From the NCBI GenBank assembly GCA_030141605.1, contig JAQGDQ010000020.1, positions 1,116,001 to 1,180,000 on the forward strand: DNA of 64,000 bases, read 5' to 3'. Under the pieces are notes generated by a model. It saw only the letters and a list, made by a program, of their open reading frames with translations. It was not told the origin of the DNA and searched no databases. A program made the position numbers and the translations under genes. Origin of the DNA: Tubiluchus corallicola (lineage: Eukaryota; Animalia; Priapulida). Positions 24,357 to 37,430 of this stretch are shown one piece after another. The stretch's first letter is position 1, and every line of letters starts with the position of its first letter.

Positions 24357-24527
24357 AGGTGGCGTTTTTGTATGATATCGGATGATTATCGTATTGGAGG
24401 CTAAAAAGTATTTTAGCCTGACCCAATCATATTTTCTGCTGCCAAATGTGCATTTTAATGGCTGATTAGTTTGACACTTATACCATAATTATCCGAACAT
24501 ACGTTCACACCATCCAAAAACGACACT
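24357..24527. mobile_element. Small MITE/foldback
   Basis: GTGGCGTTTTTGTATGA..TCGGATGATTATCGTAT is inverted against ATACCATAATTATCCGA..CATCCAAAAACGACAC. Confidence 0.55.
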
Positions 24528-25049
24528 ATATGACAATCAATAATTATATGATAATTTACAGATGTGAACAAAAAGCTAAATGACAAAGCATGAAAAAATG
24601 TGCATTGAAAAAAATTAAAACATTATTGCTAACCAGAAGAATAAACAAACTTTGATTTCAACTGGTTTCAAATATTCCACGATTCAGCTTTAAATATTTC
24701 CAAAGCTGTCAAAGGACTCAAGACAGGAATAAATTTTCTGTGGCCGGCCTAGTTAAAAATCATTATTTAAAAATACTACCACAAGTCAGATAGTGAAGTA
24801 ATTTTAGCAATTTGGCAGAGTCTGAAGACAAGCGAAACACTCTAAACCATAAGTTAATTGAAAATGCACTTTTTCAACATCAAGCCATGAACCTCGTCAG
24901 ATCCCTTACATTTTAATTTCTCGTCAGATTTTCAAGATTTGACAGGCGTCAATAAAGATTTAACATCTTCTATGTAAAAATCAGAAGGTTTATAGTTTCC
25001 TGTATAGACCAAAACAGTGGGCACAACAGTCAGCACGAACTCGATCTAA

Positions 25050-25272
25050 AACGTTCTTCTGGTAGAACTGGTCACTGATCCGACTTAGAACAGCGAGATT
25101 CGTGTATAAATAAAAAATTGCATCGTCTTCATCTTCACAGGTGTAGAAGGCAGCAGTCGGAGTAGGCTGGCATTGGGAGCACCTGCTTGCAGTCGGGATA
25201 CACCGAAATTCGGTTACCAAACCAAAACAAATTTTCTGTTCATTTCGTTTCATTGGTAGAAATAAAAATTAG
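25050..25272 (+). other. Possible non-coding first exon/promoter of the APBA/X11 gene
   Basis: Locally CpG-richer; TATAAATA ~25105; no ATG; AG|GTAAGG donor at 25272/3 (second donor CAG|GTAAAA at 25363/4); the 49933 exon needs an upstream UTR exon. Confidence 0.35.
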
Positions 25273-28200
25273 GTAAGGTTTTGTTTCAGCAAATTTTTTT
25301 ACTAAGAAATTTTGCAAAATTCGGTTTCGATTCGGTTTGTTTAAACAAATTCCATCGCGACAGGTAAAAAATACATTTTTATAATTTGTCATTTTTGTCC
25401 GATGAACGCCGCCAATTAAACAATATAACTAAGCCTGGCAAAACCAACCGACAATTTTTCAACAAAACTGTTTGTGCGTGGCAGGCTGACAGCGTGAACT
25501 AGCTCATAAAATTTTGCCATTTGGGGTGATGCGCCTGGATGCTGTGAAGTTGTTCACTTGTCAATGTCTTCATTTCTATGATGTACGTATATATGGTTTT
25601 ATTATTAATTAATTGTGAGTTTTGCATAGATTATAATCATTGTCAACATCATTCAATGGATTTAGTGTAATTGTGTCCAGCACAGATGAACAATGCGTAT
25701 CAAATGCAAGCTTTGAGATTTTTTATTCATTGGGTTTTTAACACAGCAGATTTAAGTTTAGTGTAAAATATTTGAGACAATAGGTAAAATGTTTGCTATA
25801 TGATTATTTATTAAGCTGCAATATTAAAGTAATTACTATACTGTTACCTTTTAATGAAAATTGATTTAAGTACTGGTTACTTACTGTTTGGGTTATCAAG
25901 ATGAAATTTGTAGACATATCAAGGGGCTATCACTACATTACGTAATACAAGCACGAAGTGGCCCTTAATAAATTATATGCAAAAGTAATCAATTTATCAA
26001 CTTTAAGATTTTCATTAGACAGTAATCACGGGTGAACGTATGGACTGCTCACTTCAAACAAAGTATAAGTTGGACATTATCGTGACAAACTCCTTTAAAT
26101 TCAGTTTTAAAAAGAAAATGAGGTGTGTCCAAACACAATGTCAAACTCTAGTTCAAAATGATATAAAGTGTACAATATTTAAAGTGAGAATATTGTTTTC
26201 GCAAGGATGATTTTGTGAAAGCAAAATGTTTTCTTTTCTGACCAGTTTTTATAAACCTCAATGAGATCTTCACAGTCAAACTTAATTCAAATGTGGTCAA
26301 AACTTATTATACATCAGTGTAATTTTATGCTATTGTTCTGGTTATAATCGTGGTTAAAAGATGTCATTGGGACTGATGTGTAATTTGGGCATTCAATATA
26401 AGAGTCGCTCATTTATTTTGAAACAAGGCTAACTGGCTTAGTTTCTTTATTATACTTATGTCTCTGTATTTTGTAGTGTTTTGAAACTTTGTATCTACAT
26501 TCTGTTTAAATTGAATAGTCATTTTTTAGCTACCTGAAGTGACAATTTTGTGCAAAAATAGCTGTTGTTCTGCAAATTAGTGTTTATGGAAAAGTGCAAT
26601 CAGTTTATCTGCTGATTAGACATTAGTCGTGACTGTCATATTGTTCGGTTTAGTTTAGTTTAGTTTAGCTTAGCTTAGACAGTTGTTGTCCAGCGTACGC
26701 TGTTGTCCGGAATGCCGCTGAGCATTATATCGCAGCAGAGGCAGAGCGATAGACCAATATGTTTGACATCATTTCCTATGGCTAGTCATTCCTTCTGCAC
26801 AACTTGTCTACATTTTCTCTTTCATTCGATTCAAATAACTAACCAATCTAAATCTTCAACTGCGGTACTTGTTTGCTTGTACGTCTTTGTTTTCAGCAGT
26901 TTTCTTTCATAATTCAGCAATTCCGTTGGTAAAGAAAGTCTTCTTTACATCAAGTTTGGAGTGTTGTTTACGTGGTTAAAGATGCTGACCTGTGTTGCAG
27001 ATTCTGTTGTTTCAACTGACGACTGATGTTGAACTGGTCAACCTTTTCCTTTTTTAAGTATATCTGTAACAGATTATTTATTGTTTACCTTATTCCTAGA
27101 GTTTGAAGTTCGTCAAATATCAGCCTTTACATTACTTAAGAGAAATTTTCATTGAAGAGGTTAGTCTTGTTGCACTGTGCTGGAGTCTTTCTACCACATT
27201 AGCATCTTTACAAGTGTGGTTTTCACAGCAATGAACTCTACTGCCAGAAGTTGTCTTACTTTGGATTTGCAAAGCGTGGTCACCTGAGATGCATGGTCTG
27301 CTGATTCGCGGACCCCTTGTCCACAAGGTTTTTCTGCATATTTGTGGAATTGCAGGCCTCCAGTGCTTGCGGACCCAGCGGAGTAGCAGATCCAACCTAT
27401 TTCTTAGCTATTGTTTGCGAATCTGGCTTCAACCAGGAATATAATTTTTGTCAAAGGCGCAAGCTAAAGACATTGCAGAACTGCCATACACAAAAAGTCC
27501 TCACAGTCCCCTAGTCGAGATAAATAAGTGTCTCACTTTTATACCCAGTTAACGAATCCTGCACATTTGAGGCGGTGCTGGTATACAACCCTCTGGAGTA
27601 TACTGTCTACTGTTGAAAAACTTAGTGATGATTAATGTGTAACAATCTCTAAAATTTTTGAATTTTAATTTAAATAATACATTACATTTGAAAAGCATTT
27701 TAATATTACAGTGACATTAGCAATATTTTGTCAGGGCAAATGATGGTAATGCCTCTAAGAGAGATACACATAGATTTTATAAAAAAATATTGAATATCAC
27801 TTAGCCTAGGTCTGAAGTGGAGCATCCTCCGTCTTGGCCTTCTTGGGGTCCACGTGATTTCACATCTCTTTTTCTCTTTTGTTGCAGTTATAAGGCAATT
27901 TTTACTAGTTTGACACTGTTACTAATTTGGCAATTTACTCCAGTGTAGTGGTTTTTGTTTTCACATAATTACTTGTGTTATGAGGTAGTATCATGAAGAT
28001 AGTGAATAAAAACCAATTAAATGAGATTATTGCTGACAAAGAATTCTGCAGAAAAAGGACCAGGAAAAACTGTGCATTCCAAAAAACAGGCCCCAGGGAA
28101 AACTTTGAATTCATGAGCCTGTACTGAGATTAAGAACCAATAAGGAGAGATCTTGTGAACAGTTAACTTGTTAATTAACCTGAGTTTATCTTGTGGCCTG

Positions 28201-28340
28201 ATAAGAATGGCAAATCAAAACTTTGTTGTAAATACATAATAAAATTTACATGGCCACCTTTATTTACATTTAAATCTCCTCTTAAGAAAACTGTGACATA
28301 AAACAATTTATGTTAAATTATATTATGTTGGATACTCTGG

Positions 28341-28450
28341 TGCCTCTGTGCCTCAGTGGGTAGCATAGCTGCCCCGAAAACAGAAAATTTAAGTTCGAGT
28401 CCCAGTGGAGGTCCTAAATTTTATTGCTTTCGAGCATTTATAGGATTTTT
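28341..28450 (+). mobile_element. tRNA-derived SINE copy
   Basis: TGCCTCTGTGCCTCAGTGG ... AGTTCGAGTCC ... TATTGCTTTCGAG; same family as 10505-10633. Confidence 0.65.
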
Positions 28451-29164
28451 TATTTGATAAAGATTGATAAAAAATTGATGAAAATTTTTGAACTAGGCCT
28501 AAAAAATTAGATATATGTGCTTGTAAGTTTATTAAGTGGACAGCAATGTAGTTGAGGTAGTACTTGACCAATGCTAGTCATTTGGGAGAGAACAAGAGTA
28601 AGAAAGGAAGTGAGAGAGGAGAGAGAGAGAGAGAGGGGGGGGGCGGGAGGGGGTTCGGAGAAAAAGGGGGAAAGGGGAAAGAGAAAAGGGGAACGAACAA
28701 TCATTTTTGGTAGTTCATCTATTGAAATTACTATACATCTGTGTGCTCTACATACTCAGCTTAGTTAGTTTGATTTAATATCTGCTCACTTGGCTTATGC
28801 ATTTGTAATAGGTCTAATTACGTACTGAGTTTCCCTGTACACAACGATATGAACTTGTTTGATACAAAACTTTTCCTATGCTATAATACAGTTAGGGCAG
28901 TCCTCTACTGTAGCCCCTTTTATGTATCCCTCCACTGAGCTCATATGACTCACTGTATTATAAAGTTCTTTGCTACAACTGTTCGCATTGATACAGTGCA
29001 GTGAGCGCATAGTCTCCGCCTTGAATGATATTGATCCACTGAATCTAATGCCTCTGCAGTTCATGGGAAGCTGCAGCTCGGATGAGGATGCTGTTCGTCA
29101 ATTTCTGCTGTTTCCCCTGAAGCTTGGAAAATCCAATAATAATTACATTTTATGTTTTTTACAG

Positions 29165-29251
29165 TGATTCTGGGACGTCGTTTTCCTCGTAATCTAGTTA
29201 ACTGCCGACGGACATAAAAAGGAGTTTTCTTACAATTGCTGTGAAATTTTG
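29165..29251 (+). other. Candidate 87-nt 5' UTR exon of APBA/X11
   Basis: TTTTATGTTTTTACAG acceptor and TG|GTGAGT donor, no ATG. Confidence 0.4.
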
Positions 29252-30084
29252 GTGAGTTTTTCGATCAACGTCTTCGTGGCTTTTCCTTACCAAAATATGA
29301 AAAAAAATTTACAACTTTATTGATAACAGTTTGTAATTTCTTTTTGTTAAATGAAATTCTGAAAAAAACAGGTTTGTGGTACTGCAAGATTACTTAGATT
29401 AGAGTAAAAAATATGTGCAGAACATTATTTCACACTCACACAAAATAAAGTTCAGCTGCTAGACTTATTTGTAATTATAATTTGCCTCATTCAATATGGT
29501 AACCTGTTCTGACGTTCTGAATTGCATGAAAAATAACCTGCTTTTTGTCAGGGTTGTGGACCTGGATTCAAGAGTCGGACTCGAGGAGTCAGTGTCTGTA
29601 AATATCTAACCGACACCCGACTCCAGATTAAAACAATGCATTTTAAAAGCTTATATAACCCCAAGTTTTTTAATGCATTATTATGATTACCTAAAGACTT
29701 CATAGCTTCCTTTACGTAAAAGAAAATTATAAACAAGATAACTTGCCTTTTTCTGGCGAATTTCGAACGTGTGCATTATCATAAAGATTGCCATGTTGCG
29801 AAACTTTAGCAGGAATGAGCAAGAATGAAACGTATGACATACAGAAAGCGTCTTTGGTTACCGATGTTTGCTTACTAATTATTGGTGACCTCGTGTCTGT
29901 ACTCATAACATCATTCGTCTCATGCAACGAAAAATGGCAGTTCTTTCACATTTAATACCGCTAACAATGAAGCGATTAAAAAAACAAGTTTTGCAGTAAG
30001 TTTATAATAAAATAATTTGAATATTCGTAATGAGAGTGTTGTTTTAGGTGGCGTTTCTTATATCATAGTGAGGATTTAGTTTAA

Positions 30085-30221
30085 TGGCACTTTCGGACTC
30101 AAAGACTTCTAGCAAGTTCTCTCTCAACTTGTTGCAATGTGTGAATGGCTTGGCAACTTCTTCTCACAGAGAGAAGTTGCTCAACAAGTTGCGAGAAAAG
30201 TCTGTACGTCTGGACGTGCCA
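30085..30221. mobile_element. PIF/Harbinger-type MITE
   Basis: TAA|TGGCACTTTCGGAC ... GTCTGGACGTGCCA|TAA; 3-bp TAA TSD. Confidence 0.7.
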
Positions 30222-31232
30222 TAAGAAAATGTACCATTATTGCAGATAAAACTTAAACTGAAATGGCAAACTTTTTATCTGCAAGTAATTAATAGCCCTA
30301 ACTAGTTGATTAAGATACTCCTGCTTTAATTCATAAGATCAAGCACCAGTAAATACCAAAAGGCACCTTTATCAAGGGTGTAGTTGAGGGAGAATGAAGC
30401 TCGAGCATAGCTCCACATGATTAAAAAGCTGCAAGTCATCTGAGGCCTTCCTGCTCTACACACATATATTCACGTGCATCCAAAGCAGCTGCGCAGCTTC
30501 ACTGGATAATATAAAAACCACTAGAACTGATCGAGATTGGTTAATAAAATGCTTAAAGTCGAGAGGAGTCAAACTCGATATTTTGATAGTCCCATACCCA
30601 GAGTAGGAATTGATAGATCTTTTAATACAGACTTGGCACTCATTTTCTTTTTCTATAGTTTTTGTATCATCCGTTTTTATTACAAGAATTAGCTCATCTA
30701 TATTTTCTCGACCCCATCATCATTATTATTTATATGGTGTATAAATTTATTCTCGCTTTACTTAATTACAGGTATTAATTTCTCACACGCTAATCCTTCG
30801 GTTCCACTTGGCACTCTAAATGAAATAAACTTATCATTTATTAATGCTTAGGACCGCCGAGGCTATGCAATCATTAATGTCTGTTTCGCTCCATCCAACT
30901 TGCTAGGGATGGTACAGATGCAGTCATTCTGATGGCAAGTAATGACTCCAAAACCATTAGAAAAGTAAAATTAATGATTAATATTATCTGACATTGCTCC
31001 ACGTCTCAAAGTTGTGAAAATAAACTTTAAATTGCCATCGTGGCAGCACCAGGAATCATCCCTATTTCCATAGAGGTGGCATTCGGGGAGTTTCTGAAGT
31101 GCCCTCTGATAGATTGAAGCTGTAAAAGTTTTGCAAAAGTCTAATGAAATGTAATCAGGTCGTGTGTGCGCAAATGAATATTAATGGTGGAGGCTGGCAA
31201 GTAAAACATGTTCACTTGCATGAGTAATGTCA

Positions 31233-31418
31233 TCAATGCGTGGTCGTGTACAAGGTGTGCGATAAATGTGCGGTCGTATACGGGGTGTACCATAAATGTG
31301 TGGTTATTTATAAGGAGCATGCCATAAATCTATGGTCGTCTACGGTGTGCACCACAAGTATGTGGTCATATATAGGCCCTACCATAACTGTACTCGTCTA
31401 CAGGCTCCGTCATAAATT
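31233..31418. repeat. Degenerate ~30-bp tandem repeat, ~6 copies
   Basis: Unit like ATAAATGTGCGGTCGTATACGGGGTGTACC. Confidence 0.75.
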
Positions 31419-34400
31419 CTGCAGCTGTTGCTTTTAACAGTATGAATGCATGATGTGTTATAAATCCTATAAACTGTGGAGAGAATGTAGAAAAATGCAT
31501 GTTTGTGTTTGGGTTATTCTGTGTATTTTTTGTATTTTAAGATTTTCCATATTTCTTACATTCACACTGCAGAACAAACCCATAATAGGTTGCAAAATTT
31601 CAAATAAAAGCAGAATTTTTCATTAATTCCTCCATGTATCTGTCTGTAATCTGTGTTTTATTAATATATTCAATAATTGATGCCAAATCTATTAAAATTT
31701 CATAGTGATAATATTTCAACAAATATTTCTCAAATTGTACAGTGACAGTTTTCTTAACCCATCTACATTTACAATTTACGAACCTAACCACTTTTAATTT
31801 AATAACTCTTTCTGAACTCATTTTGTCAAGTTCAGAAACTAGTCTTCGCCCTCAAGAAGCGGAAGTCAACAGTAGATGATTGAAAGTAAAAAAACTTTGC
31901 AACAGGCTTTCTGTGAGCTGTTATTCAAAAATGATCTTGTTAAGATTTCCAGTTTTCTCTATCAGACGATTCCACCGTATAAATCATGATTTGAAGGGTC
32001 ACTTCCTGGTCTTCTTCCTAATGGGCTTGTCATGATTATAATACATGAAAGACCCAGCCTCTAGGTATCAACATGGTGTTTATTAAGGGCAGACGATTGT
32101 TTCAACAGCAACTGTCATTATCAATGCTAAAAATCAAGCCGAGACAAATGCTTAATACATTTATGACACTACAACCAAAGCACAAAATATAATTACAAAA
32201 TCAAAAGAGTGAAATTTAAATTGTCAAAATACAAATGGAAATAACTGGAAAGGTGTTCATAAAAAATGTAAAAAAATTGTACTTCATACATGAGGTTCAG
32301 GCAAAGATCACAACTACAGCAAACACGTAATCTAGCACAAGTGAAGTCTACCTATTGGGAGAAATCTGTTATCACTGTAATAAGTGTTAGGATACAAAAA
32401 GAGCAATGTCTTAATTATATGTCTTGGCTTCATTTGTAACGTTGCTGTGAAAATGACAGTTGCCGTGGAAACGATCATCTGTGCTTAATGAACACCATGT
32501 ATTTTCATGATTATTTGGCAAAATCTGAATTGAGACAAATACAAACATGTGTTCCCTTTATGCTATATAAGAGCACCAAGGCTGCTATCTGATATTTTAA
32601 CTTTTTAAGTTTGTTATAAATAACTTCATTTATCGTTTTGTTACTAATCAATCATTTTGTCTTCTTGGTCAGTGTGTACATGTACCCTATAACAAATCAG
32701 TGTATTTGTTTGACTTGTTATGTCACACGTGAACTTTGCCCACGTCTCCAAGGTACGCCAGTTTGAACCAAAGGTCAGGAGTATGGACAAACAGCCAGCT
32801 ACGTTCTCTTTCTGCAAAATAAGCCATTAAGATGTGCTGATGCTTGCATTTCTTGTGCACGTTGTGCTAAAGTTGTTAGGTGGCTGAGACTTTGCACGTA
32901 AGTTATAATGATTGGTTGTTCTTTATGAGATTTAACTAGCACTCCGGGTAACATTTACTTTCCATTTTCACTTGTGTTGTACTTTTAATGACTGTGCTAG
33001 ACTTTTTTAAACCTAACTGACTAGACCTACGGCACACTGTTTTGAGACAACTGTTACCTATAATAAGCTCATATAAATACTAGACAGTAAAACTTTATTG
33101 CATTAAAGCATTTCACAGCTTCTCACGAATGTCTTGTAACTTTAATCTGATAAATAAAATTGGATCAGATTCCAGTTTTTAGTGTTTCTCTTTATTAGGC
33201 TGGTTAAGTTAGGGTGATCATTTGTTCCTTATGGAGCTTTTTATTTGGTTTTCTTTTAGTGGTAATGTAATAAACAATACAACTAATTAAGCTTGGGTAG
33301 CGACCTGTGAAATGCTGTGTTTAGGTTCGTACAAATATGACACATTAACACCACATGTCACTGGATCATTTTGAAAATTTTCAGTGGTTTTTTGGAGACA
33401 TTTTAGCTGACTAGTAGCCAAAGTAGTTCCTAAAGACAACAAAGCAGAACGAATCTGATAAGCAGCAAAAGCATTGGACAAACAAAAACAAAGGACAAGC
33501 AAAATTATTATCACCAATAGCAATAAATTACAAGAAAACCTAGACACAAAGTGAAGTAGATGCCATGTTAAACTCCCCAAAACAATGTACCAGGCATAAA
33601 GGGAAAACTTTGCCAAAAGAACTGGTTCAGGCTTTTTTGTAGACTTCATCTTGTAATGTTGTTTCTGTTTGCCTTCTGGGGTGGATTTTTTTACATTTAG
33701 TGTTGCCAGGTATATAACAACATTATGTGACTCATAATTTGCTAGAACTAGTGCTGTGATTGGTCATGTCTGAAGTTTTCAGGTTGATGTAGTGATGACA
33801 TACTGGCATTGATTTGCTTGGTTTAAGTTCCGGTTATGTAACTTTGCAAAAACAATAATGGTCTTTGTATTTTCAATCCTGCAATATCACTTGATTTTAT
33901 TTTGTTGTTAGACTTTGATTGTGAGGGATGTACAATCACTGGTAAATGTGTTCAACCGTTTTCTCTTTCAAACTGATATTAGTCGGTTTTGTGTTCATTT
34001 AGGCAGTGTTAGTTCCTAAGCTCCATACCTTTATTCAAATTCTTGTTAATTAACAAGGCAATTAACTGAACAAAGAAAGAGGTAACTTGATGCGTATATA
34101 GCTGTGACCCTCTTAAGATTGGAGTTAGATTGACACTATGCAAAGTGTCAGTCAAAGTCAAAGCTAAAAGGTGACTAGCTGCTGACCTAGTGGATTTACT
34201 CCATGCCAGACACCAAACTAGGTAAGCTTACTTCTCCAGTGCTTTAGTTGTAGAGAATTTTACTGTGTTGTTTAAAGGGTTGCAAGACTTTCGTGGATCA
34301 GCCCACCTGTGTGCAATTCCACTGCCTGATTATTGGCTAATAAGAGCAACTCGGTGATGTATGATCATCGGTAATTGATTAGACAAATAACTTATCCATC

Positions 34401-36024
34401 TCGATTAGGATCGATTTGCGGATGCTGCACAAGTTCATTACTTATTGCGTGTGTGCACTTGGGATGCTGTGCATAATTTAAATGATTGACCGGATGCAGT
34501 ATCGACACCGCAAGTGCCAACTGTCAAATCTTATTTTTTCTTCATTTATCCAAGTTTTAATACAGGCCAAAATACGAGCTTATGGAGCTTCTTTAGAGGA
34601 GCTTTTCACTAATTTGCAAATTACATTTTTGCATGAATAACTCAAATAATTAGAGCAGTTCAGAATTGTGCAAATTAGAATCCGGCATTCGGTAGCAGGT
34701 CATATTGAAGTTGGATAACCCTGTCAAGACTCGACTCATCTAAGATGAGCCACGGGAACCCTCAGATATGGTTCTTGCAACCATATTCGGATCATGCACA
34801 TCCTCTCTATATGAGATAAACAGTCATAATCAGCACGGCGAATGATAATGAGCACCCCAAGCGAGAAGCGAAGCTGTTCGTCCATCCAATCACAGACCAG
34901 TCTTGGCCATTCTTAGCTTTTGATTGCCCAGACGACACTGAGATCGCTGGGCCATGTACCTTGCCTATAATCTCAATTTTGTAAATGTTGAACATTCTTT
35001 ACCATACAAATCTTCATCGCATTAGATTTCTATGTAAAATTTATTGCGAAGCAGTTATGATGGGTCAGCCAGGCATCTTATAGACAAATCTACCTTGCAA
35101 TTTTGTTACTGTTATGACCTTATAGGTGATATTTATTTTTCAGTGAATGCCAGTGATAACCGGCGTTAGTTTCATTAGCACGTATTTGTTACCTGACCTT
35201 TGAATTATAGTCACCTAATATTCCCATGTGAGTGGTGTTACCTAGGCGAGTGCTTTGAGCCAGCTATGTCTCTCATGTACTGAAATGTCATGTTATTACG
35301 ACCCCATCCCTGTTTATAAACCGACAGCTAAACAGTGTTGTCATGCAAACCTACAATTTTTTTACAATTACATATATACTTTATCATATAATTGACTATA
35401 GCATTATTTATGGCAAAGAAATGCAGCATTTTAAGGGACATATTGACTGGGTGCTCCCCTTGGATCAGAATTCAAATCAGCTGCGAATTATAAATTAACT
35501 ATGAAACTCATTAATGATCCAAATCATGATTCATCTTGGGTAACACGTGTTGACAGTCAATAAAGCTTTAGAAATTCCTTCACAAATAGCTTTTGAACAG
35601 TTAGCTGCCATATTTAGATGCTTCGTGCGTTGCCCTGGGTTTTCTGCATTGTGTCACAAATTGCAGTATAATTCCTGGGTTAACTATGGCGATTGTAAAG
35701 TTGAAAACTAATTAGAAATTCTGGGCAAGTTCTCAACTGCTGTATAAGCAGTAATTTGGAAATTGAGAATGTATTAAATGATGTTTTCCATTAAACTTAA
35801 GTCAAAGTACCAGGATACATTACCAGAAAGTTTCATTGCCATTGGTGGCGCTAGTGGCGGCGTTAAGGAAAGAGAATGCACTACATTTCATGTTTGTAGT
35901 GTAAGTAATGCTTTAAAAATGTTTTATCAATTGCACAAGTGACGCTGCAGCGCCACAGTTTATAACAAAGTTAACCTTCATTTCATTATTGAACCCCTCA
36001 TTTATAAAGGTCTTTTCATCTTGC

Positions 36025-36316
36025 ATAATTAGTTTCTGCATAAGGAAGGGTGTTAACACTCGCCTTTCCATCTTACTTAATCAGTTTCTGTATAAGAATG
36101 GATGTTAACACTCGTCTTTCCATCTTAGTCAATCAGTTCCTATACAAAGGGTGTTAACCCTTGCATTTCCATCTTACTTAATCAGTTTCTGTATAAGGAA
36201 GGGTGTTAACACTCGTCTTTCCATCTTCCTTAATCAGTTTCTGTATAAGGAAGAGTGTTAACACTCGTCTTTCCATCTTCCTTAGTCAGTTTCTGTATAA
36301 GGAAGAGTGTTAACAC
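36025..36316. repeat. ~52-bp minisatellite, ~5.5 copies
   Basis: Unit TTAATCAGTTTCTGTATAAGGAAGGGTGTTAACACTCGTCTTTCCATCTTAC. Confidence 0.92.
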
Positions 36317-37119
36317 TGGTGTGGACATCAGTTCATTCAATAAAATATTGTCAGGCAATAAAAAAATTGTCAAATTGGCATTCGATGTAAGAGCGTTTTT
36401 TCATTCAGTTAAACAAAAAAAAATGGTCTCTAAAACGGAATTTGCACGACTAGCAGCATAACAGGGACTTCGTAGCTTACTTCACGCTCTTCTGGCACCG
36501 TTTTTGTTTTGCGTTCATTTTCCCTCATTCTTTGTTGCCATTTCCTTTCGTCCATTTATGCCTTTTTTTTGCTTTTATCTTTCGCTTCATTCCCACTTTT
36601 CATCATTTTGCCAACTCTTTGAACCAGAAGTTTTCAGTGTCGTGTTGAATTAGGATCTGTGTGTACTTACGGGAGAAATTTCGCAGAAAATTTGAGCTAA
36701 TGTGTCCCTTATTGATTTTGTCTGGTAGAAAAGGAAAATGTGGCACAAAATGGCAGTTTAAATAACATCGAGAAGCATGGTCGGATGTATCGAATGTATG
36801 TCAGAAATTATCGATGTAAGAAATCGTGATAAACTTGATTTGAAGTAGTAACACATTTTTTCTGGGACTTCATGGTAAGATGTGACGTTTACGTGCAAAG
36901 CATTTTCTCGACATTGAGTGAATTCGAATTTATTGCGTGTTAAAGAGATGCGTCTAGTTAAGAAGTCTCTTTGTAACAGCAATACTGACACTTCAACACT
37001 GATTCTCTTCCCATTCATTGTTTAATAATGTGCATTGTGGGATAAGTGGGATGTGTCTTCTGTTTACTTAGTTCTTTGCACGAGATGTCCTAATGAATTG
37101 GTCAAACAGATACATTTTG

Positions 37120-37430
37120 AACAAATAGAAATTGCTGTTGTAAACAGACACAGGATGTCTATTATAAGTACCTCTACATATTAGCTGAAAAATTCCATCT
37201 GAGAATCGCCTATGTCAATATCGCGTGAAATCTAAAGTAGAGGATGAACTTCTATTTATGTTACATTGTACTTTATATGATGACTTGAGATATAACTTAT
37301 ATAAAAAACTGAAACAGCTTATACCTGCTTTTGCCTGTCAAGAGAAATTTAAACTTTTTAGTGGGTCTGAAGAACATAGATATTCTTAAAATTACAATCA
37401 TCTTTGTACATACTGCAACTGAATTACGTA
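37120..37430 (+). mobile_element. Decayed 3' end of a non-LTR retrotransposon (CR1/L2-group ORF2 C-terminus)
   Basis: From 37192: IPSENRLCQYRVKSKVEDELLFMLHCTLYDDLRYNLY, resembling the RLCxxC..VEDExHFxxxCxxYxDLR motif. Confidence 0.65.

Noticed and set aside
24822-24837. CTGAAGA...GAAA hammerhead-like motif
   Set aside because: No stem II pairing and no NUH site
28605-28690. Purine/G-rich tract and the ORF over it
   Set aside because: Low-complexity (GA)n/G-run sequence with no splice or coding support
34680-35000. Possible decayed non-LTR retrotransposon coding sequence on the minus strand
   Set aside because: Only a vague YDLLP-like motif with many stops; cannot be supported without a search
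36025-36316. CRISPR-like periodicity of minisatellites (also 7441, 52807)
   Set aside because: Head-to-tail units without unique spacers, eukaryotic context, no cas genes
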